The position numbers and the translations under genes are program-made. This document shows, one piece after another, positions 38,903 through 51,915 of a stretch of 64,000 nucleotides of DNA. Source of the stretch: Octopus sinensis (Eukaryota); contig NC_043002.1 in NCBI RefSeq assembly GCF_006345805.1, positions 93,434,001 to 93,498,000 on the forward strand. Direction: 5' to 3'. Below the pieces are notes generated by a model. It did no database searches. It was not told the DNA's origin and saw only the letters and a list, made by a program, of their open reading frames with translations. How positions within the stretch are numbered: the stretch's first letter is position 1; every line of letters begins with the position of its first letter.

Positions 38903-39810
38903 TCTTTTACTTGTTTCAGTCATTGGGTTACGGCCAGGTTGGGGCTCTATCTTGAAAGGTGTTTAGTCAAACATATTGACTCTAGTACTTATTTTTTTAG
39001 GTCTGATATTTATTCTATTGTTCTCTTTTGCTGAACTGCTAAGTTATGGTGACATAAACAAACCGACACCAGATATCAAGTAGTGGTGGTGGTGGTGGTG
39101 GGACAAACACACACACACACACACACACTTGCTTGGCTTCTTTCAATTTCTGCCTATCAAAAATCAAATCAAATCAAATCAAACCAAATCAAAATAGATG
39201 AACATCAATGGAATTTGTATCTTTGTGGTACCAGTACCGGTGGCACACAAGAAAACCATCCGAACGTGGCCGTAGCCAGTACCGCATCGACTGGCCTCTG
39301 TGATGTGGGCACATAACAAACACCATCCGATCGTGGCCGTCCGCCAGCCTCATCTGGCACCTGTGTCGGTGGCACATAAAAACACCATCCGAGCGTGGCC
39401 GTCTGCCAGCCTCGTCTCGCACCTGTGTCGGTGGCACATAAAAACACCATCCGAGCGTGGCCGTTCGCCAGCCTCGTCTGGCACCTGTGTCGGTGGCACA
39501 TAAAATCACCCACTACACTCTCGGAGTGGTTGACGTTAGGAAGGGCATCCAGCTGTAGAAACACTGCCAGATCTGACTGGCCTGGTGCAGCCTTTGGGCT
39601 CCCCAGACCCCAGTTGAACCGTCCAACCCATGCTAGCATGGAAAACGGACGCTAAATGATGATGATGATGATGATGAAATCCATTCACAATGCTTTGGTT
39701 AGCCAGGGGCTATAGTAGAAGAGACTTGTCCATGGTACGTTACAGTGAGAATGAACCCATAACCATGTGGTTGGCAAGCAAGCTTCTTACCATATAGCCA
39801 CACCTGTGTC
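38903..39810 (-). mobile_element. Abundant SINE split by an RTE insertion
   Basis: 3' half at 38903-39110, 5' half at ~39680-39810. Confidence 0.7.
39170..39677 (+). mobile_element. RTE 3' UTR with ~60 bp internal tandem repeats and (GAT)n tail
   Basis: GGTGGCACATAAAAACACCATCCGAGCGTGGCCG units then standard tail. Confidence 0.85.
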
Positions 39811-40244
39811 TATATTGCTAAAACAATAAAAATGAATTACTTTTTATAAAAATCAAGTAAAGACCTCCTAGAAAGTTAACCTCCGGGGCACAAGTCTGAC
39901 CAAGGTTGTTTATGGAAGACCAACAGTCACCCATGCGTAGCAGCCTCCCTTCTCCATGCCACCGATGTTATCCAAGGGAAAGGCAAAGGCCGATACAGCT
40001 TGGCACCTGTGATGTCACAACTCATTTCTACAACTGAGTGAACTGGAGCAATGTGAAATAAAGTGTCTTGCTGAAGAACACAACACACAGCCCAGTCTAG
40101 GAATGGAACTCACTACCTCATGATTGTGAGCCATAAATGTATTTGTTATTGTTGCTGTTTAGCACCCACCCTACATCCACCCTAGGGTAGCACTGATTGA
40201 GCAGGCTATAAACTAAATGCTTCCAACAGTGACCATCTCATCTT

Positions 40245-40885
40245 GTTTTCTAATATGTCCACCAACTTTTATTAAAGGTTGCATTTGGGTGTGATCTGAG
40301 AAAGCGTTAACTTGAATGGTCCTGTAGGAACATCTAGTTGAATATGTGGTAATTAAAAGTCCACAAAGTTAGTTGTTGATCTTTTATGTGTGTGCAGAGA
40401 TATAAAATAATATTTAGATACTAATTGTGTGGGATAACATGTTGGTTTTAATGAAATTAATGTTGATAAACTGAAAATGGTGACAATCAGGTGATGTCTG
40501 GTATTAACGTTGTTCGATGTGAAGCAAGGATAACATGTTGGTATTAGTGATATCAATGACGCTTGACTCAAAGTAGGGATAACAAGATGGGACTAGTGAA
40601 ATTAGTGTTTTGTTTCAGTTGGATGTAGGTGTATGGCTGTGTAGTTAAGAAGTTCATTTAACAGCTACATAATTTCAATTTCAATCTCACTTCATGGAAC
40701 TTTGAACAAATGGTTTTTTTTATAACCTTGGGTCAACCAAATCCTGTCTAATGATATTTGGTTGACATAAACTGCACGGAAGCCTGTGGGAAGGATCTTT
40801 GATGTTGGTTGGGGAGTAGACTTAATTCATTGCCTGTCACTTGCTCCTTGGGCACCTTTTAATAGGGTTCATTCTGTTGCAGGTC
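40245..40885. repeat. 641 bp segmental direct duplication, copy 2
   Basis: See 36038-36678. Confidence 0.95.
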
Positions 40886-42959
40886 ACATTATTTTTCAGT
40901 GGAAAACATAATCTGAAATCAAATTCTTACTTTACAAAATATTTGCTATTGGAAAAAAAAAAGTATTTACATACATTTTCTCACCAAACAACATAACATT
41001 GTCTTGATTTTGAATAAACCAGGTGTTGGAATGTTCAGTTGTATTCATAAGACAAATCATTCTGCTTTGCTAAGTTTAGCAACTTATAATACAATGATAT
41101 GATTGGATTACATTTCCCTCCACCACCACTACGTGTGTGTTTTATGTGTGTGTGTTTTATGTGTGTGTGTGTGTTAATTTATGTGGGATAAACAAGGATC
41201 ATATACACAAACCATGGTTTTGTTCCCCTGGCTCTTCAGCCAACCATACACGTCAGCATGTATGATCAACTGAATGGTTGATTAACTAAAATCACAGTCC
41301 AGGAATATAATTCTTGTTTATCTCACATAAATTAACATATTAACTTCTACACACTTCCAACATAAGACTGTATTTGGCATTTTTGTGTTTTAGTACCCTC
41401 ATGTAAGTATGATAACTACTAACTCCACAGGAGAATAATAAGGGAATTCTGCTGTTTATATACATGAGGTGCTACTTGATATGTTTTTACAAACACTTAC
41501 TACCAGAAATACATTTGTGTCGAGAGAAGATACAGAATACTGTTAATTTGGTCATTTAATGTTTTATTATGGTAGCATGAATTAGCTGCAGCAGTTTACA
41601 GATGGATGCTTTGTTGTCAACCCTTGTTTTTTTCAAGAAAAGGATTTTTTTTTTATAGTGGTTGTATACTGTCAACTCAACGTGACAGTCCCGTAAAGGG
41701 AATCACACCACCACTATTTAGCCCTAGGAAGCATCGACGCTTCCTGTCGGCTTTGACACATTTCCTGTGTCCTTATATTTTTTTTTATTCCACTGTTTTA
41801 TAAAAGTGCAGAGCAACCAGTTGTAATGTCAACAAGGATTACTGTGCCTTTGATTGTGAAAAAAACTCATAAAGAAAAGCATGGCTGTGTGGTTAAGAAG
41901 CTTGCTTCCGACTGTCTGGTTTCGAGTTCAGTCCCACTGTGTGGTACTTTGGGTGTCTTTGACTATAGCCCTGGGTCAACTAAAGCCTTGTGAGTGGATT
42001 TGCTAGATGGAAACTGAAAGAAGGCCATCATGTATATGTTTGTATAGGTGTGTGTGTGTGTGTTAAGTTTTGTGTGTGAGTGTGTATGTTTGTTTGTGTT
42101 GCCCCTTGTCTTGACATTGCATGATGTTTGTTAGTGAACATTACCATCATAGAAGTGATGTCATTTGTTTGCAACTATCCAAAAACAAGAAGGGCACCCA
42201 GCTGTAAAATTAAAATATCTTCCCCCACCTTCCCCACACAATAGCCATTCCTCAAGTTCTCTGCTTGTTATAATCAGAAATGGGTCTGATGAAAGTAGCA
42301 TTAATTTTCTTAGGTCGTTCAATTTGCCTCCTCAATTGATCAATAGACAAGTTGAATAAACCTATCAGTAATGTACCTACAATGACTACTGGAAACAACT
42401 GTAAGTCAAATTTGTTCAAATAAAGGAATTATATGTAATGACCGATATTTTTAACTTGTTTCTTATATATATATATGATGTGGTTTTAGAGTCAAGTTTT
42501 GACTGCTATCTCTAGCATGGTGGTATCTTTTAGATACCCTTAATTATATTTAATATTGTTAATAAAACATATATCAGAGTAAGGAAATAAGGAATAAAGT
42601 TCACAGTTCATTTTTTTCAGAGGGTATTCAGGCATATTCGCCCGTTACTTTGGATATCTCAGAAACAGCTGTAAGACCTCAACTAATTTATGAATAACAT
42701 AAAATAATGTTTATAAACTGAGATGCTTGTTATGCCTCATTGTTTGTTGTCCACTTTCGCAAATATATATCTGCTAAGTCAGAAACCTAAAATGAATCCA
42801 TAGCTCCTGTCTCAGTTACAAGCTTGGAACCCTGATAATCCGTTACAACACTTACCCAGTGTACCTATTCGTTTAGATCACCAGTGAATTAAACCCCATA
42901 TTCTGAGAGAGAGAGAGAATTCTATAGTGGACTGGTGCTACATATATATATATGACTCT

Positions 42960-43257
42960 TACGTGCCACCGGCACTGGTATCACAGCTACAATTTCCATC
43001 GATGTTCCGTGCCAGTGGCATGTAAAAGGCACCATCCGATCGTGGCCGTCTGCCAGCCTCGCCTGGCACCTGTGCAGGTGGCACGTAAAAAGCACCCACT
43101 AAACTCATGGAGTGGTTGGCATTAGGAAGGACATCCAGCAGTAGAAACATTGCCAGATCAGACTGGGCCTGGTGCAGCCTTCTGGCTTCCCAGACCCCAG
43201 TTGAACCGTCCAACCCATGCTAGCATGGAGAAAGGACGCTAAACGATGATGATGATA
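42960..43257 (+). mobile_element. RTE 3' end
   Basis: Same family as 39170-39677. Confidence 0.88.
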
Positions 43258-43620
43258 TATGACTGTGTTATGTGTCATTCAGTCTATTGCACATGTGTGT
43301 GTGTGTATGATGGTTAATTCTGATTGGTTCTTTTCCTATCTGTAAAACCCACTGTAAATTGTTTTGCAAGAATAAATGTTTTTTTAAGCCAGTCTTATCT
43401 ACAGCAGGTATTTGGTGTTCTGTTTTCATTAGGCTATGGCTTGAATAACATATTACTGGAACAGGACTGGTACTTGTTATATAAGTATGCATATATGTGT
43501 GTATGCATATACACACATATATGCATGTATCACTCCTTCACAGTTAGCATATGAAATTTTCAGCTCAGCTTCATATATGCAGATAAGTAATAAATGTGTG
43601 TGTGTGCATATATCCATATA

Positions 43621-44516
43621 TACGTGGTCTGATCAACAAGTGTCTGGACTGTTGCCATAATTATGATGCTAAAGCATGCAGAGTGAAGCTGCTTGGTACA
43701 GATTGACTTTGAAATCTGCTGTGCATATGCAGTAAGTTTAACATTCTGCCTCACTCCTGTTGTTTACAGCAGTGTTTGGAAGGAAGGTGTGTAGCACGTG
43801 ATCATCGCACTAACCATGATAGAGAAAGTTGAGCAGAGAATTTGCTTCAAATTTTGCCAAAAGCTTGGCGATACCTGCTTAGAGGCCTAAGCAAAGTTTT
43901 CAAAAAAAGTTTTCATCTTGACATTATCAAGGATATCTTGTGCAACTGAAACCCAAGTGTCTTTTTGGTCAGCTGAAAGTAGTTTTGGCACAAACCTGGC
44001 AGACACGTGTCTCAAACCCAAATCTTTAGTGATAATGGACTGAACTGAGCCATAACTAATCTGCACATCATCTGATAATTCATGGATGGTGATTCGACGA
44101 TTTCCCCTCACTGCTGCACACACATCTGTGATGCTTTTCTCACTTCTGCTGCTTGCAGGTCTCCCAGAATGTTCGTCAATATTGATATTTTTTTGGCCAT
44201 CTTGGAAACGTTTGGACCACTCATGCACTTGTGTGTGACTCATATACTCCTCTCCATACACTTTCTGCAACTTTGCACAGGCCTCTGAGCAGGTATCGCC
44301 ATGACAACTTTTTCTGTCATGGTCAATGTAATGATCACACACTACACTCATTCCTTCCAAGCATTGCTGCAAACAGCAGAAGTGAGCTAGAATGTTAAAA
44401 CTTAGTGTGCATGCACAGCAGAGTTCAAAGTCAATCTGTACCGAGTGGTTTCACTTTGTGTGCTTTAGCTTCATTACTACGGCAACAGTCTGGATACTTA
44501 TTGATCAGACCTTCTA
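43621..44516. mobile_element. Fold-back mariner derivative (two 5' ends facing inward), transposase N-terminus on minus
   Basis: ORF 43887-44372: HEW.KRFQDG...DE.SGRP...ITIHEL...ISYGSVQSII..DLGLRHVSARFVPKLL = mariner HTH region and WVP-like linker; TA-flanked GGTCTGATCAA ends. Confidence 0.9.
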
Positions 44517-45077
44517 TATATATATATATATATATATGGTGATATTTATCGCTACTTAAATGTGGATGTTGTGTTACAGCACAGAATACTTTGATAGTTA
44601 TGGCAGAATCTCTCATATAAACTTGTGCATATAAGCCCTCTTCTTTATATAACTAACAAGAGATTATATGTATATATATATATATCTCCAAAATTAGGAA
44701 ATGGAGTTGATAAAATCCAGGCTACATATGTTTTATAGCAAGCAGAACCTCAGAAGAAGTAACAGCCCAAACGAGGGGTAATCTTTTATCTACTCCAGTT
44801 CCTAATTTTGGATTTTTATTCATATGCACAGCAGCCCCAGCTACAAACTGTAAGCTATAAAACAATTTTTTGGGGGTTATCAAACTTATGGGAAAAAATT
44901 TACACCCTTCTACATCAATAAACCACTGTTGTTTCTGAAAGATCTTTTTTAATACTGTCTACAGACTGTTTGAAGCTTACTGGCTTCCACCACCTCGATC
45001 CTTGGATCTTACCATAACATATATATATAATTATATATATATTTATACATACATACATACATACATACTTATATATA

Positions 45078-45132
<55 letters not shown>

Positions 45133-45136
<4 letters not shown>

Positions 45137-45423
45137 CACGTGACCGACCAGGCTATCAAATGTTGCTACACATCGCTGGTCACAATGCGCTTCACATTGT
45201 TTTAGCCTTCAAATGACGCTACCCTGCTGGCTATGCGAGCAGGCCAGCAAAAGAAAGAGTGAGAGAAAGTTGTGGTGAGAGAGTACAGCAGGGATCACCC
45301 CCCCCCCTGCCAGAGCCTCGTGGAGCTTTAGGTGTTTTCACTCAATAAACACTCACAACGCCCAGTCTGGGAATCGAAACCGTGATCCTACGACCACGAG
45401 TTCACTGCCCTAACCACTGGGCC
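45133..45423 (-). mobile_element. tRNA-Arg-like-head SINE with GAAGGCTAAAACAATG tail
   Basis: Head as 24963-25323, tail as 24121-24240. Confidence 0.85.
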
Positions 45424-46463
45424 ATATATATCTATACATACATATATACGCACACACACCTCTACACAGATGCACACACATAACACATGCAATTAGTACA
45501 CACTGATAATTTAAAAAATCTAAAACAAAAAAATATATATCCATTTTAAAGCTGCCTTGAACTTGAGATTTCTTTTCGATATAATGGCCACTGAACATAA
45601 AAGCTGTGTAAGTTGGCTTAAAAATATATGTTACTAACAAAAACAATTTGGTGATTTAGCCACTGGCTTAAAAGAATTGTAATCTTCTTAGAATCTGTAG
45701 CATACCAACCAACAACAACTCTGAATTAAAAATCTTGGTAACTTTATCATGTTATCAGTTGTACTAAATAAAGGTAGGTATTACACCATGTCACTCATTG
45801 CCACTCCACATCTCATCCCCATGGGTATTTTTTCTTTCTGGTAAGGTGACTAATCTCTTTAAATATGGTGATTCCCAAGGTTCAGTTCAAAAGAAAAGAC
45901 ACACACACACACACACACATGCACAAAAATATAAAATATAAAAAAGAAGGAAAGGAATAAAATGTAATATGTACTTTATGTTACTTTAAGATTTAGAAGT
46001 AGATTTTTTTTTTCCCCTGAAAAAGGAAGGAAAAAAAAAAACTGCAACCAGCCAGATATTAGATTAGTCATTATAATGACTAATTTGTTATTTAGTCTGG
46101 GTTTTTATGATTGAGAGATGGGAAATTAAATTATCGTTAGAAGATTCAGTAAGACAGGTGTGTGATTATCTGGTTAAAAAAAAAAAAAAAAAGGCAAAGC
46201 TCTATTTCCTCCCTCGCACTCACCACCTTCCACTCTCTGATTTTATCACCAGTTTCTCTGCCTTCTTACTAACGTTTGTAGGCTGCAGTAATTAAAGAGA
46301 TTTATATCTCCAGGGTGAATACAACAAAAGAAAAACCCACCTCTTCTTGATCAGCTGGAGTATGATAATAATGATGATAATAATAATAGTAATAATGATA
46401 ATAGATAACAGTAATGGAGCAATGGTGTTCATGTGATGCACAAATATTTAAAAGTACCTCTTC

Positions 46464-46503
<40 letters not shown>

Positions 46504-47121
46504 TGTGTGTATGTGTGTGTGTGTATGTATGTATGTATTTCCCAAACTTAGAAGCCTCTTTTTATTCATCTGTATCTTTTATGGTGTTCAGTGTGTGTGT
46601 GTGTGAGTATTATTATAAATGTCATTATCATTTAAATATATATATATATATATATATAGAAAAAAAAGGTCAAGATAGAAAATGCTAAAATAATTTTATA
46701 AAAAACATTTCAGTACCAGTTTCAGTCATTGAGACTTTTTCAACTATAAGTATGGAAAACAATTAAATTTTGGAAAAATTAAAAAAAATTTTTATAAGAA
46801 TATTTGCATAGTGTTCAAATACAGGTGGCATTTTCCTTGTTTCTGCCTGTTTCTGTGTCTCTTGTTTACTCTTGCGGGTTCGACGTCATTGTGAATTCTT
46901 GGTAGGGAAGAAGAAGAAGAATGGGGCAGTGCCATGATAGTGTTGTTAAATGGTCAACTACCCTGAAAGTGACCCGTTAGTGATTGAATTCCTGGTAGTA
47001 GTGATTGAATTCCTGAAACATCTCTTTTGAATGTTTGTTTATAAAATTTGTATAGGTGTTATTCTAAACAGCAATAGTGGTAAAGCAAACCAAATCAACA
47101 TAATTTCCAAAGGGCTCAAGT

Positions 47122-47665
47122 GTTTAACGGTGCAGTAGTCACAAAAAAAGGCATTGAAAGATGCCGTAACCAGAGAAACATTTAGCAGCACTGTAGCCTG
47201 AGAAACATTGAATAGTGCAGTAGTCATAGAAACAATGTTTAACTGTGTTAACAGTGTAGTAGCCATAGAAACGTTTTACAGTGCAGTAGTCAGGGAAGGA
47301 ACATTTAATAGTGCAGTAGCCACAGAAACAAAATTTAACATTGCAGTAACTAGTGAAACAATATTTAGCAGTGCAGTAGATATAGAAACAGTTAAATGTG
47401 CAGCAGTAACAGAAATGTTTAACACTGTAGTAGCCTGGGAAACATTTAACAGTTCAGTAGTCAGAGAAACAGTATTTAACAGTGTAGTAGTGCACTGTTA
47501 ATGGTGCAGTTGTGAGAGAGCAGCATTTAACAGTGAAATGGTCATAGAAATGTTTAACCATGTAGCAGTCACAAAAACAGTTAACAGTATAGTAGTCGAA
47601 GAAACGTTTGACAGAGGCATTTAACAATGCAATAACCATAGTAACATTTAACTCTACAGTAAGGC
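47122..47665 (+). repeat. Degenerate 24-30 bp tandem array, consensus TTTAACAGTGCAGTAGTCACAGAAACA (FNSAVVTET)
   Basis: About 20 diverged units; ORF 47208-47501 reads through about 11 of them. Confidence 0.9.
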
Positions 47666-48014
47666 AGCAGGCTGGCAGAACCATTATGGTGCCAGGCAAA
47701 ATGCTTAGCAGCATTTCGACTGTCTTTATATTCTATGTTCAAATTTTGCTGAGGTCGACTCTGATTTTCATCCTTTCAGGGTCGATAAAATAGGTACCAG
47801 TTGAGCACTGCTGTCAATGTAATGAACTTACCCCTTCCCCAAAATTACTAGTCTTCTACCAAAATTTGAAACCAGTGTTTAGCCCTACAGACTCATTTTG
47901 TGAGACATGATTAGACATTGTCTTGAAGAATTATCCCAATGTAAGACATAAGCATTTTAGACTGTGATATATTTTGTTGATAAATTTTGTTTTTTGGCAA
48001 TATTTCTTTGCCAG

Positions 48015-48242
48015 TTTGATACTAAGCTGTCTGAGACCCCATTCCATTTCTTAATTCTATAATACAAACTTCATGTTTTTAAGTATTCTAAATCAAAACC
48101 TCCCAACAAAATTTCATGTTAATTTGTTTCAAATGCCAGATTGACAATGATAAAGTTATTTTACAAAATTCTTTATTATTTTCACAATTAATTAAAACAA
48201 AAGCAGTGTAGTTTAACAAAAACATAGTAACAAAAGGGTTAA
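48015..48242. mobile_element. Probable TTAA-type MITE remnant, second family
   Basis: Ends in AACAAAAGGGTTAA; left end degraded. Confidence 0.45.
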
Positions 48243-48934
48243 ATAGTTTTACCAGGATTCCACTGCTAACAAGCAAGCAGTAACCATAACTGTGAATGCA
48301 GCTTCAGTGCAACAGTGTTTTGGTGTTCCACTTCAGTCTAGCTGCTGTGAAGAATATTGTCAGTCATTGTATTGAATCCATTTTCTTTAGGCTTTTCAAT
48401 ATGATCTAAAAATGGTTTGTTTTTGCTGCACAAAAGAAGCACAGACCAGACTCTTTTAGAACAACAATATATATTTTTTATTGGTGTTCAGCTTGTGCAG
48501 CACCATTTACCAAGCTTGTTTTTTTTTCTTGTTTTTGTTTTTATTCGACATTGTCTCCTTCTTTTCTCTATTATTGTCTCTATTCGTTCAAGATAGTATG
48601 ACAAAGACATTTATAGAAGAGTAAGTATTGAAAGAGAAAAAAACCCCAGGATTGGAGGGTGATAGAAGAGATAGTATAATGGGAGAAAAATAATGAGAAG
48701 TGTAAGAGATTCAAAAGGAGAGAGTAATGGGTGAAGGAAAGTGATGAACTGTTGCTGTATGTTGATTATTAGTTAGGAAACTGGCTAGGAAGGGTATGAA
48801 TGGTGTGATGGGGCAGAGAGAGAGAGCGAGAGAGAGAGAGAATCAGACAGAAAGAGAGTAAGGGATATCAATATGGAGTGGTAGGCTGACACATAAAAGA
48901 ATGAAAGAATATATCTTATGTATACGTACCTTTA

Positions 48935-49017
<83 letters not shown>

Positions 49018-49019
49018 TA

Positions 49020-49347
49020 TTGATAAAAATGGTAAGACAACAAAAGAATGAAAGAGACCTCGATATTATGTAAATAGAGGAATTTATCTGTAAATGTAAT
49101 ATGTGACAATTATTCAGTAGCCATGATAAAACTTTGAGTTTCAGATGCTGGGGTGGCCAGATAACTGAAGAGATGGCGGTGTGGATTTCCACCCCAGCAT
49201 CTAAAACTCAGAGTTTTATCATGGCTACTGAATATTTGTCACATATTACATTTACAGATATATAATATATATATATATATACTAATACAATTGTTCGTTT
49301 GTTTTCCACCTGCCTTCGTCTTTTGTTTATTTTCATAAAGCTTCCCG

Positions 49348-49360
<13 letters not shown>
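49020..49360. mobile_element. Penelope-like remnant with fold-back (72 bp arms 49085-49156 / 49189-49260)
   Basis: Near-perfect inverted arms; CTGAAGA hammerhead core in spacer; left flank shared with 28260-28315. Confidence 0.7.
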
Positions 49361-49390
<30 letters not shown>

Positions 49391-50077
49391 ACAGGTAGGG
49401 GAAAAAATCCAAGCTATATCCTCTTAAAGCACATTAGCCTATTCCACTATTACTATCTAGTATGTATTGTTGTATTGATGTGAGATACATATTAGAGTTG
49501 AAAATTCTGGAAATATTGTTTGCAGTGTTATTATATAGAAAAACAGGAATCTGGAAATTTTTTTCAGTATTATTTATTTAACATTACATACGTTTCATAT
49601 ACTAACAGGAATCACACAATTGTACTTGTTGGATATACATGTAAGAAATTTCCCATTAGAAATTCTGTCTGAAGAATTTGTAATAGGAAATTTCTTACAT
49701 GTTTCTCCTACATGTACAATTTTATAACTGCTATTAGCAAATGAAACATGTCCAATGGTGAATAAATAATACCCAAAAATTTTCCAGATTCCTATTTTGT
49801 TATATATATATGAGAGAGAGAGAGAGATGGTAGCTAGCAAGCAATAGAGAAGAGTAATGATACGGGTGATTAAAAGTGAGATTAAGGTAAGAGATGTGGC
49901 AATAGAGGTAAATCTGGAAAGAGTCTGCTGTAAGCGATGAAGAGATGATAGTTTCATTTCACTGGCAGTGTGATGGGAGATAGAAGCATAATGATGGGAT
50001 AGGAGAGGGAAGAAATGGGTGATATATATATATATATATATATATCACACATCCATCGGAGTATACTGGCTTCATTC

Positions 50078-50810
50078 CTAGCGGTTGAGGGAACCTATGA
50101 AAGAGGTAGACCCAGGAAGACCTGGGATGAAGTGGTGGAGCACGACCTTCGAACATTAGGCCTCACCGAGGCAATGGCTAGTGACTGAAACCTTTGGAAA
50201 TATGTTGTGCTTGAGAAGACCCGGCAAGCCAAGTGAGACCATAACCTCGTGGCCTATGCTAGGGGTGTAACCAGCCTACTAATGCATACCTTTCCTTCAT
50301 TGGACACTAAACTCTGCTTGCGAAGACCTGTTGAGGCAAGTGAAATCGAAATCAAATTCGATGACTGGCATCCATGCTAGTGGAACACTAAGAGCACCAT
50401 CTGAGCATGACCGTTGCCAGAGCAGCTAACTGGCTTCCGTGCCAGTGGCATGTAAAAAGCACTATTCGAGCGTGATCGTTACTAGCGTCGCCTTACTGGC
50501 ACATGAACAAAACATTCGAGCGAGGTTGTTTCGAGTGCCGCTGGACTGGTTTCTGTGTAGGTGGCATGTAAAAAATGCCATTTGAGCATGGCTGTTGCCA
50601 GTGCCGCCTGACTGGCCCTCGTGCCGGTGGCACGTAAAAGCCCCCACTACACTCTAAGAGTGGTTGGCGTTAGGAAGGGCATCTAGCTGTAGAAACTCTG
50701 CCAGATCAGATTGAAGCCTGGTGCAGCCATCTGGTTTGCCACTCCTCAGTCAAATCATCCAACCCATGGTAGCATGGAAAGCGGATGTTAAACGAAGATG
50801 ATGATGATAT
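50078..50810 (+). mobile_element. RTE-clade LINE: ORF2 C-terminus plus 3' UTR and (GAT)n tail
   Basis: VEGTYERGRPRKTWDEVVEHDLRTLGL...D*NLWKYVV..K* at 50078-50236, then the repeated UTR seen in many truncated copies. Confidence 0.9.
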
Positions 50811-51409
50811 ATATGGTATTAATATGAACATAATGAGCAAGACAGATTCAAATGTGGATATTATGCATGTTACCCACCACCACCACCATTTTTTACACCT
50901 GTTTTTCCATGTATGGTTTACACTGGTCTTCTCCAGCATAGTCCAGCTAGCATCCCAGATTTACAGATTATACTAGATATTCAGCTGTTTCCAGCAAGCT
51001 ATTAATTTTGCTAAATTCAAAGCAAATTTTTGACTCAAAAGGGGGGAAAAAAAGCAATTATGTTTCACTTTAGTTAAATAATAATAAGCTATTTATTTTA
51101 ATTAATATCTTGTTAATAAAAAAAACAATGAGCAGGTGTTATATTTGATGTAATAAGTATATTAATATACCTGTCTGAACTTTTCATCAAAATGATTGAG
51201 GTTATAATCCATAATTATAATTCAAGTTAATACAACAGAATTTCATTTTTTAAACCTTATAGTTGTTATTATTCTAGTCTGACTTATATTAATGACTATA
51301 ATTATCGTGATTGAAGTCTTTGTATTTTTAATATTAATCTGAAAATTGGAAGTGTCCCTTTCTGACCATTTTATTTTTCATTTGGTAATATAGTATCTTG
51401 TAAGAATTT

Positions 51410-51523
51410 CTAAGTTTGTTTCTCATCCATTTTCTTCTTGGCCTCTTGTTCTATTTGATACAACTTTAGTTTCTTCAAGTCAGTAGAAAGTTTGTCTAGC
51501 TTTGTCTTTGTTTTAATTTGCAC
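51410..51523 (-). CDS. Candidate terminal coding exon, coiled-coil-like (VQIKTKTKLDKLSTDLKKLKLYQIEQEAKKKMDEKQT*)
   Basis: Acceptor TTTAATAGTTCAG, 37 codons to TAG, AATAAA about 40 nt downstream; no upstream exon established. Confidence 0.3.
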   Translation of the reverse strand: MQIKTKTKLDKLSTDLKKLKLYQIEQEAKKKMDEKQT

Positions 51524-51617
51524 CTGAACTATTAAACATTTAATTAAGTGGAGGATTAACCATAATTAATGTATTGAACTCCTCCAAAATGTTCAGATAA
51601 TTAAAATTACATGTCGC

Positions 51618-51915
51618 CCTTTTCAAGCCTAGCCAGGCTCATGGGCCCATTTTCCCGGTTTCTGTGACATATGTGTTTCCCCCCAGCTGGACGGGACACA
51701 AGTCCATCGCAGTGTTACTCAAGAAACAGGAAGAAAGAGTGAGAGAAAGTTGTGGCGAAAGAGTACAACAGGGGTCACCACCACTCTGCTGCCGGAGCCT
51801 TGTGGAGCTTTTAGGTGTTTTCGCTCTATAAACACACACAGCGCCCGGTATGAGAATTGAAACCGTCATCCTCCGACTGCGAGTCTGCTGCCCTAACCAC
51901 TGGGCCATTGCACCT
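51618..51915 (-). mobile_element. tRNA-Arg-like-head SINE with CCCATGAGCCTGGCTAGGCTTGAAAAGG tail
   Basis: Near identical organisation to 52369-52660. Confidence 0.88.

Noticed and set aside
39280-39510. ~60 bp repeats resembling a CRISPR array
   Set aside because: Contiguous tandem units without unique spacers, inside an RTE 3' UTR of a eukaryote
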